Below are positions 56,766 through 64,000 of a stretch of 64,000 bases of DNA, piece by piece. A model generated the notes under the pieces. That model was given only the letters and a program-made list of their open reading frames with translations, did no database searches and had not been told where the DNA came from. The stretch spans positions 253,260 through 317,259 of the IMG/VR virus record IMGVR_UViG_3300032242_003291. One strand, written 5' to 3'. How positions within the stretch are numbered: the first letter of the stretch is position 1; each line of letters begins with the position of its first letter. A program made the position numbers and the translations under genes.

Positions 56766-59054
56766 ATGAGTAAATCAAAAATTTTTGCACATGGTTCCTA
56801 TGTTGGTAACACAGGATATAATCAACACACAAGAGATTTTTTCAGACATCTTAGTAAACACGCAGATATAAAAGTTAGAAACTTTACGATAGGTAATTCT
56901 TGGAAGGGTTATTCCGAAAGACCACATGATAACGAAACTTACTTTAATGCAACCGATGAAAAACTATTATATCAACAAGTTCTTTGGAATGGTGACAACA
57001 CAAGAAGTAATTTTCCAATTTATTCAGATAAATCAAAAAATTTCACACCTGATGTTAACATTATATTATGTGAAACAAATCACCACCTTTTTTATGACCA
57101 ATACAATGGTCCGAAAATTGCATATAACGTATGGGAGTCTACATTGCAACCTAAAGAATACTTCAACAAATTAAAAGAATTTGATGAAATGTGGGTACCA
57201 TCAAAATGGCAAAGAGACTGTACCATAGCTCAAGGTTATGACCCAAACAAAATTAAAGTCGTTCCTGAAGGTGTTGATGTTAATACATTTTACCCCGATA
57301 ACTCAGTAAATCATCCATTAACAAAAGACAAGTTTACATTCTTTTTAGCGGGAAGATGGGATTATAGAAAATCTATCAAGGAAATTATTGAAACATTTAT
57401 AAAGACTTTTAATAACAACGAACCTGTTGAGTTAATTGTTTCTGTTGATAATCCATTTTCGAATGATGGATTAAACTCAACTGAAGAAAGATTGAAACAT
57501 TATGGGTTAGAAGATGATAGAATTAAAATTCTCCATTTCCCACCAAGAGAGGAATACATTAGATTGTTAAAATCTTGTAATGTATTTGTATCATGCGCAA
57601 GAGCAGAAGGTTGGAACTTACCACTTATTGAGGCTATGGCTTGTGGTACTCCGTCAATTTATTCAGATTGTTCAGGTCAGTTGGAATTTGCAGAGGGTAG
57701 AGGTATACCTGTTAAAATATCGCATGAATTACCTGTAAGTGCTAGTACATATAATCACTTCAACGATAATGTTGGAAACTATTATGAACCTGATTTTTAT
57801 GATTTGGGTATCAAAATAAAAAATGTGTTTGAGGATTATAAAAAGTATAAAATTTTTGCATTAGTAGAATCAGAACAAATTAGAGAAGAGTTTAGTTGGG
57901 AAAATGTTGCTAAAATAGGTATTGATACTATTAATGATTTTTTAGACAGAAAACCTTGGTTAAATAAACCAATCAAAACTAATGAAATTAAAATTAGTTA
58001 TTTAGATGGTCCAAGAGTTGAAGTATCAGGTGACGAAAAGAAAGATTATTTTGTTGAATTTATTGATAGTACCGATGGAAAGGTAATACATTCTCAAACT
58101 ATTAGTAATAACATGTGGGTTTCTTGTAGTAAAAAATACTATATTCCTTGGATAATTAAAATTAATGGTGAAGTTTACGATGAACTGAATTTAGAAGGAA
58201 AAACGGTAATGATTTCACTTGAATCAAAAGCTTTAGGTGATACTATATCTTGGGCACCATATGCTGTTGAATTTCAAAAGAAACATAATTGTAAGGTGTT
58301 ATTGTCCACTTTCAAAAATAACTTCTTTGAAGGTTTAGAATCATATAAAAATATAACCTTTATCAAACCAGGTGAATCTCATGGTTGTGATGTAATATAC
58401 AGAATCGGTTGGTTTAAAAAAGATAAGAAATGGGAAGATAGAGACAAAAATCCAAATCAACCAAACTTGATTCCACTTCAACAAGCAGCAACCGACATTT
58501 TAGGTTTAGAATATAAAGAACTTAACTTTGGTTTAAATTTTGAAAAAAAGGAAAAACCTATGGAAAAAGATTATGTAGTGTTCGCACCAAATGCAACTTC
58601 AGGTTGTAAAGAGTGGGATTATAATCATTGGGTGACATTATCTAAACTCATTAAAGAATTAGGATATGATGTTTTAACATTAACACAAAAACCATTTCAC
58701 ATAGATGGTGTATTAAATATTTGGGATGAACCTTTGGACGTTGTTGCAAACTACCTTTATCATGCCAAGGCTTACGTAGGGTTGGGTTCGGGATTATCTT
58801 GGTTTAATTGGGCTTTAGGGAATTATTCATTTATGGTTAATGGTTTTGCAAGACCTGACCACGAATTTACAACAAACATTACAAAAATTTATAACGAAAA
58901 TACTTGTATATTCTGTTGGAATGATGAAGTTTTTGTTTTTGACCCTGGTAATTGGAATTGGTGTCCAGTATATGAAGGGACAAAAAAACAACACGTTTGT
59001 CAAAGGTCTATTACACCATTACAAGTATTTCAACAACTAACAACTAAAATATAA
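56766..59054 (+). CDS. GT4 glycosyltransferase fused to a TibC/AAH-like protein O-heptosyltransferase
   Basis: EGWNLPLIEAMACG (GT4); SKKYY, SKALGDTISW, VGLGSGLSW, CIFCWN...WCP...C..SITP. Confidence 0.85.
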   Translation: MSKSKIFAHGSYVGNTGYNQHTRDFFRHLSKHADIKVRNFTIGNSWKGYSERPHDNETYFNATDEKLLYQQVLWNGDNTRSNFPIYSDKSKNFTPDVNIILCETNHHLFYDQYNGPKIAYNVWESTLQPKEYFNKLKEFDEMWVPSKWQRDCTIAQGYDPNKIKVVPEGVDVNTFYPDNSVNHPLTKDKFTFFLAGRWDYRKSIKEIIETFIKTFNNNEPVELIVSVDNPFSNDGLNSTEERLKHYGLEDDRIKILHFPPREEYIRLLKSCNVFVSCARAEGWNLPLIEAMACGTPSIYSDCSGQLEFAEGRGIPVKISHELPVSASTYNHFNDNVGNYYEPDFYDLGIKIKNVFEDYKKYKIFALVESEQIREEFSWENVAKIGIDTINDFLDRKPWLNKPIKTNEIKISYLDGPRVEVSGDEKKDYFVEFIDSTDGKVIHSQTISNNMWVSCSKKYYIPWIIKINGEVYDELNLEGKTVMISLESKALGDTISWAPYAVEFQKKHNCKVLLSTFKNNFFEGLESYKNITFIKPGESHGCDVIYRIGWFKKDKKWEDRDKNPNQPNLIPLQQAATDILGLEYKELNFGLNFEKKEKPMEKDYVVFAPNATSGCKEWDYNHWVTLSKLIKELGYDVLTLTQKPFHIDGVLNIWDEPLDVVANYLYHAKAYVGLGSGLSWFNWALGNYSFMVNGFARPDHEFTTNITKIYNENTCIFCWNDEVFVFDPGNWNWCPVYEGTKKQHVCQRSITPLQVFQQLTTKI

Positions 59055-59935
59055 TGAAGACAATATTAATTGAACTTATGTCAGGTTCTCTTGGTGACAC
59101 CATAGCAATTATGCCATGTGTAGAATATTTTATATCAAAAAATGATGATGATGTTCTTTTGAAGATAAATCCAAGATATCATTTTTTATTCACTAACTCA
59201 TACCCAACAATTAAATTCTACCAAGGCAACGAACATTTTGATAAAAAAATTCAACTACATTATAATTTTAATTTACCCCTACAAACAGGATTTGCACAAC
59301 AACTTGGATATGTTAATTGGACCTATATCAGACCAAAAGTCGATGTTAATGTAAAAGAAAGACCTATAAAATCCAAGTATGTTTCAATTAGCATACATTC
59401 AACATCTCAACTCAAATATTGGAATCATCCAATTGGAAAAAAATCACAACCATTATCTCCTTATTGGACCGAATTAAACGGATTATTGAGAAAGTCAGGT
59501 TATACTCCTGTTGTTGTAGAAAAAGATGAAATGTTTGGAATACCCCCACTCAGAAATGGTATGCCATCAAAATCAAATAATAAAATTGGTCTTAGTTTAG
59601 AAGACACAATAAATTATATATATCACTCAGATTTTTTCATAGGACTATCTTCAGGACTATCTTGGCTTGCACATGCAATGGGAAAAAAAGTTGTAATGAT
59701 ATCAAACTTCTCGGATGAAACTCATGAATTTGATTTATCCTGTGAAGATTATATAAGAATAACTAATAAATCAGTTTGTCATGGTTGTTGGAATAAAATT
59801 AATCAAGATTATAATTTTGATTCATCTGATTGGTATTGGTGTCCCAAACATAAAGATACTCCAAGAGAGTTTGAATGTCATACTTCAATAACACCTGATT
59901 ATGTTATTGAACAAATTAAACAATGGATAAATTAA
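59054..59935 (+). CDS. TibC/AAH-like protein O-heptosyltransferase
   Basis: SLGDTIA, KYWNHP, FIGLSSGLSWLAHAMGKKVVMISNFS, CHGCWN...WCPKH...FECHTSITP. Confidence 0.88.
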   Translation: MKTILIELMSGSLGDTIAIMPCVEYFISKNDDDVLLKINPRYHFLFTNSYPTIKFYQGNEHFDKKIQLHYNFNLPLQTGFAQQLGYVNWTYIRPKVDVNVKERPIKSKYVSISIHSTSQLKYWNHPIGKKSQPLSPYWTELNGLLRKSGYTPVVVEKDEMFGIPPLRNGMPSKSNNKIGLSLEDTINYIYHSDFFIGLSSGLSWLAHAMGKKVVMISNFSDETHEFDLSCEDYIRITNKSVCHGCWNKINQDYNFDSSDWYWCPKHKDTPREFECHTSITPDYVIEQIKQWIN

Positions 59936-59939
59936 AATT

Positions 59940-60938
59940 ATGTTTGAATTATTAAGTTACGATATACAAAAAGATGAAAAAAAAATTGTAATACAAATTT
60001 TCTTTCGTAACAACTCGGACAACTCCTATGATGTTAATACATTATTTGAGGATTCAATCTTCAATCAATGTCAGAAATTTAGAACTATGACAGTAAACCC
60101 AAATTCAACTCATTGGGTTTCTTGGGATTTATCTCAGGATTTGGATACCGCATCAGATGAGATAAATGGATTACAGTTGAGGGCATTATGGGGTGCCAAT
60201 TTCAAAATATTAATTGATGACAAAGTTGTTGCAGAATTTCCATTAAAATATACTTTTACCAATTTAAATCTAAGAAAAGGATTGAAAAATTTTTCACCAT
60301 TCAATAAGAAAAAGTTTTGGATTCTTGGCGATTCTCATTCAGGATTTTACACAAACACGTCCCCTGATTATTTAAAAACATCAAAATACGACATAATACC
60401 GTCAGGTTTATTGGGGCTATCGTTAAATAACTTTTTAAATGAAGAATTTGATAGATGGTTTGACTCTTTACCAATTTGGGATAATGATATTGTTGCAATT
60501 GATGTTGGTGAACTCGATATAAGATGTGGTCTTTTTCACTTTGCAAGTAAAAATGACTTAAATGTATATTCCATTACTGATGATTTATTAAAAAGATACT
60601 TTGATTTTCTATTAAGATTTAAACAAAAGTACAAAAATGAGTTGGTTATATTGACACCTAACAGACCAATAAAAGATGGGTGCCTCGATGGAAACGCAGA
60701 ATATTTCAAATTAACCATATCTAATACAAGTGAAAGACTTGAACTATGGAATTATTTCAATATTAAATTAAAATTATTCTGTGAAGAAAACTCAATAAAA
60801 TACTGGGATATCAAACACATGTATACAGATAAAGATGGAACATTGTTCAATGACATACTTTATTACAACGATATACACATAAAAGTCAAAGAACCAATGT
60901 TGTTTGACTTAAGACATAAAATAGAAAATAATTTTTAA
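59940..60938 (+). CDS. SGNH/GDSL-like esterase or acyltransferase
   Basis: ILGDSH, GELDIR, DIH. Confidence 0.65.
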   Translation: MFELLSYDIQKDEKKIVIQIFFRNNSDNSYDVNTLFEDSIFNQCQKFRTMTVNPNSTHWVSWDLSQDLDTASDEINGLQLRALWGANFKILIDDKVVAEFPLKYTFTNLNLRKGLKNFSPFNKKKFWILGDSHSGFYTNTSPDYLKTSKYDIIPSGLLGLSLNNFLNEEFDRWFDSLPIWDNDIVAIDVGELDIRCGLFHFASKNDLNVYSITDDLLKRYFDFLLRFKQKYKNELVILTPNRPIKDGCLDGNAEYFKLTISNTSERLELWNYFNIKLKLFCEENSIKYWDIKHMYTDKDGTLFNDILYYNDIHIKVKEPMLFDLRHKIENNF

Positions 60939-60939
60939 C

Positions 60940-61659
60940 ATGGATTTATCTAAATTTGATTGGGGTTGGATGGACAAACCAACAACTAGAACACTATCAA
61001 GTAAAGGGATTACAAAGTCATATGGACAATGGCATAAAGACATCATTACAGATGAAATATTCGAACAAAAATTATATGAACAATTTTTTCCTGTTGAAGA
61101 AGGAGATATTGTTATGGACTTCGGTGCAAGTGTAGGTCCATTTACATATTCCATCTTAGATAAGAAACCAAAACATGTTTATTGTTTTGAGCCGAGTCCA
61201 CAAGAAATTAGTACATTAATTAAAAACACTCAAGACGGACCTGTTACAGTAATAAATAAGGGTATTTCTGACGTTGAGGGTGAGTTTGAATTTAATTTGT
61301 TTGGTGTTGAAGATGGAACAAGAATCGCTAAATCAACTACGTTTGATTCCATTAAAAAAGAGTTTAATATTACTAAAATTGATTTTATCAAAACAGATTG
61401 TGAAGGTGGTGAATACTCTATTTTTAACAATAAAAATATTTTTTGGATTAAAGAAAATGTTAGAAAGGTAGTCGGTGAGTGGCATTTAGATAGTCCTCAA
61501 AGAAAGGAGCAATTCAGAGTTTTCAGAGATACTTATTTACGTTTGTTTCCAAATATTGAAGTTTTTGCTATTGATGGTGTCAATATTAAATGGGAATTAT
61601 GGAAAGACCATTTTATTGATTATTATCGTCAAATTATAGTTTATATCGATAATAGATAA
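60940..61659 (+). CDS. FkbM-family methyltransferase
   Basis: VMDFGASVG, FEP, IKTDCEGGE, GEWH. Confidence 0.9.
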   Translation: MDLSKFDWGWMDKPTTRTLSSKGITKSYGQWHKDIITDEIFEQKLYEQFFPVEEGDIVMDFGASVGPFTYSILDKKPKHVYCFEPSPQEISTLIKNTQDGPVTVINKGISDVEGEFEFNLFGVEDGTRIAKSTTFDSIKKEFNITKIDFIKTDCEGGEYSIFNNKNIFWIKENVRKVVGEWHLDSPQRKEQFRVFRDTYLRLFPNIEVFAIDGVNIKWELWKDHFIDYYRQIIVYIDNR

Positions 61660-61660
61660 A

Positions 61661-61689
61661 AAAAAAGGGGAGTTTAGCTCCCCTTTTTT
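61661..61689. terminator. bidirectional terminator
   Basis: AAAAAAGGGGAG-TTTAG-CTCCCCTTTTTT between convergent genes. Confidence 0.85.
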
Positions 61690-61695
61690 ATTTTA

Positions 61696-64000
61696 TTACT
61701 TTATTGGTTTGTATTCTAAAAGAACCTTTTCAATATCTTTACGTTCAGCTTGAATGAAGAAACTTGTATTTATTTTTTCTGTCTCAGAATCTATATACAC
61801 TTTATTATCTTCGACTTTAACAACGTAGTGAATTGTTGCTGTCCCAATTGGTGTAAGTTGAACTGTGATAGTATCTTCGTGTACTAAATTTACCCAATAT
61901 TCAGGTAATTCAATTACATTTGAAGTTACTATACCTCTTACGTAAACTCCATGTTCTGGTCCTTCTAACACACCGTATCTTAATCTGAATCCTTCTTTTG
62001 TTGGGTGAGTGATATCAAATGATTTAGATGCCGCTGTTAAATTACCTGTCATCGTAGTATCTCCTGTCACATTCAAGGTTGCTCCATCATATCTTAGACC
62101 TGCATTACCTTGAACCGTGCCAGCTGTTCCCGTTGCAGTTACAATCCAAGTATTTGTATTGTTATTGATAACTGCTGAGTTTCCTGACGTACCAGAACTT
62201 CCTGAGCTACCACTCGAACCAGATGTTCCAGAACTTCCTGACGTGCCGCTAGCACCTGAAACACCACTTGTTCCTGAAGAACCAGATGAACCTGAGCTAC
62301 CACTTGTTCCTGAGCTTCCTGAAGAACCAGATGTTCCTGAGCTTCCTGAAGAACCAGATGTTCCTGAGCTACCACTTGAACCAGATGTTCCTGAGCTACC
62401 ACTTGAACCAGATGTTCCTGAAGAACCAGATGAACCTGAGCTACCACTTGTTCCCGAAGAACCGCTCGAACCAGAAGTTCCTGAGCTACCACTTGAGCCA
62501 CTTGTTCCTGATGAACCAGAGCTACCACTTGTTCCTGATGAACCTGATGAACCTGAGCTACCACTTGTTCCTGAGCTACCGCTTGAACCAGACGTCCCTG
62601 ATGAACCAGACGTTCCAGAGCTTCCTGAAGTACCACTTGAGCCACTTGTTCCTGATGAGCCAGAGCTACCACTTGTTCCTGATGAGCCAGAGCTACCACT
62701 TGAACCAGACGTTCCTGAAGAACCTGAACTACCACTTGTTCCTGAAGAACCACTTGAGCCAGATGTTCCTGAACTACCAGATACACCTCTTAAACCTGCA
62801 ATAGATATTGTCCATGAAGACGCTAAAGTAGTTCCAGAGTTATAATCAGCAGCAATCGCGAAAGTTGTTCCTGTTATACTTACTGTACCTTCAAAGAAAT
62901 TAGAAGTAGTATTTATCGCTCTTACTCTGTCACCTGTAACGAATGCACCTTGTTGATTCACAGTTAAAGTTATTGTACCAGTAGATGCTGGAGTTGCGGA
63001 TGTAGTTGAAGTTACATTATTATAACCAAGTCCTGAAGTTCCTGATGTTCCTGATGAGCCAGAGCTACCACTTGTTCCTGATGAGCCTGAACTACCACTT
63101 GTTCCAGAAGAACCTGATGAACCTGAGCTACCAGATGTTCCTGATGAACCTGATGAACCTGAAGTTCCTGAGCTACCACTTGAGCCACTTGTTCCTGATG
63201 AACCTGATGAACCTGAGCTACCACTTGTTCCAGAAGAACCTGAGCTACCACTTGTTCCTGATGAACCAGATGTTCCAGAGCTTCCTGAAGTACCACTTGA
63301 GCCACTTGTTCCTGAAGAACCTGAGCTACCACTTGTTCCAGAAGAACCAGATGAGCCAGAGCTACCACTTGTTCCCGAAGAACCTGAGCTACCACTTGTT
63401 CCTGATGAACCAGATGTTCCAGAGCTTCCTGAAGTACCACTTGAGCCACTTGTTCCTGATGAGCCAGAGCTACCACTTGTTCCTGAAGAACCCGAGCTAC
63501 CCGATGTTCCTGATGAACCAGATGTTCCAGAGCTTCCTGAAGTACCACTTGAGCCACTTGTTCCTGAAGAACCTGAAACGCCTCTCACACCTGCGATAGA
63601 TATTGTCCATGAAGACGCTAAAGTCGTTCCCGAGTTATAATCAGCTGCAATTGCGAAAGTTGTTCCAGTTATACTCACAGTACCTTCAAAGAAGTTAGAT
63701 GTAGTGTTCACTGCTCTTACTCTATCACCTGTTATAAACGCTCCTTGTTGATTTACGGTTAATGTTATAGTTCCTGTTGATGCTGGTGTTACCGATGTAG
63801 TTGAAGTTACATTACTATAACCAAGTCCTGATGTTCCTGATGTTCCTGAAGAACCTGAGCTACCACTTGTTCCTGAGCTACCACTTGAGCCAGATGTTCC
63901 TGATGAACCTGAGCTACCACTTGTACCTGAGCTACCGCTTGAACCACTTGTTCCAGAAGAACCAGATGAGCCAGAGCTACCACTTGTTCCTGAGCTACCG
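61696..64000 (-). CDS. Gly-Ser/Thr repeat fibre protein, 5'-truncated by the window
   Basis: Frame is open to the window edge; (GSS/GTS)n blocks, duplicated ~85-aa domain, C-terminal KSFDITHP...LEGPEHGVYVRG...AERKD fibre domain. Confidence 0.9.
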   Translation of the reverse strand, partial: GSSGTSGSSGSSGSSGTSGSSGSSGTSGSSGSSGTSGSSGSSGTSGSSGSSGTSGTSGLGYSNVTSTTSVTPASTGTITLTVNQQGAFITGDRVRAVNTTSNFFEGTVSITGTTFAIAADYNSGTTLASSWTISIAGVRGVSGSSGTSGSSGTSGSSGTSGSSGTSGSSGSSGTSGSSGSSGTSGSSGTSGSSGTSGSSGTSGSSGSSGTSGSSGSSGSSGTSGSSGSSGTSGSSGTSGSSGTSGSSGTSGSSGSSGTSGSSGSSGSSGTSGSSGSSGTSGSSGSSGTSGSSGSSGSSGTSGSSGSSGTSGSSGSSGTSGTSGLGYNNVTSTTSATPASTGTITLTVNQQGAFVTGDRVRAINTTSNFFEGTVSITGTTFAIAADYNSGTTLASSWTISIAGLRGVSGSSGTSGSSGSSGTSGSSGSSGTSGSSGSSGSSGTSGSSGSSGTSGSSGTSGSSGTSGSSGTSGSSGSSGTSGSSGSSGSSGTSGSSGSSGTSGSSGSSGTSGSSGSSGTSGSSGSSGSSGTSGSSGSSGTSGSSGSSGTSGSSGSSGTSGSSGSSGTSGSSGSSGSSGTSGVSGASGTSGSSGTSGSSGSSGSSGTSGNSAVINNNTNTWIVTATGTAGTVQGNAGLRYDGATLNVTGDTTMTGNLTAASKSFDITHPTKEGFRLRYGVLEGPEHGVYVRGIVTSNVIELPEYWVNLVHEDTITVQLTPIGTATIHYVVKVEDNKVYIDSETEKINTSFFIQAERKDIEKVLLEYKPIK

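Noticed and set aside
62117-63599. Antisense PELP-repeat and other alternate-frame ORFs
   Set aside because: Shadows of the GSS/GTS repeat.
1-64000. Stop-codon reassignment; tRNA/rRNA genes; giant eukaryotic virus origin
   Set aside because: The standard code gives dense intact ORFs. No cloverleaf or rRNA was seen in the short intergenic gaps. Sigma70, amidase, S74 fibres and bacterial promoters indicate a bacteriophage.

Overview
AT-rich, gene-dense 64-kb segment of a large (jumbo-type) tailed dsDNA phage, mostly encoded on the minus strand. The host is very probably a Bacteroidota member: there is a Bacteroidota-type sigma70 lacking region 1.1, TTTG-N19/20-TAnnTTTG promoters, SprB repeats, and Hc1 and DUF6576 domains. 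From left to right: two HEXXH proteins; three collagen-like fibres with S74 auto-cleaving chaperones; a degenerate MetK-like protein; glutaredoxin and thioredoxin; PcfJ-like and LRR proteins; a Dam-family MTase; DnaJ; Hc1; probable internal head proteins; a lysis cassette; the sigma factor; a fused single-chain restriction-modification enzyme; a pyrimidine-dimer glycosylase; a split SbcCD interrupted by an RHH-HNH cassette; exonuclease, primase and RuvC-like resolvase; baseplate and Pro/Thr- and Cys-rich surface proteins; a 14-kb glycosylation locus with two TibC/AAH-like protein O-glycosyltransferases; and a proline-free Gly-Ser/Thr collagen-like fibre that runs off the right edge. The leading hypothesis is a phage-encoded virion protein O-glycosylation system. 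Other strong leads are a MetK pseudoenzyme, a shared N-terminal (I/L/V)-x-E packaging/cleavage tag, and a reciprocal-decay duplication scar. No tRNA, rRNA or CRISPR array was seen. All family assignments come from motif recognition by eye, not from database searches.
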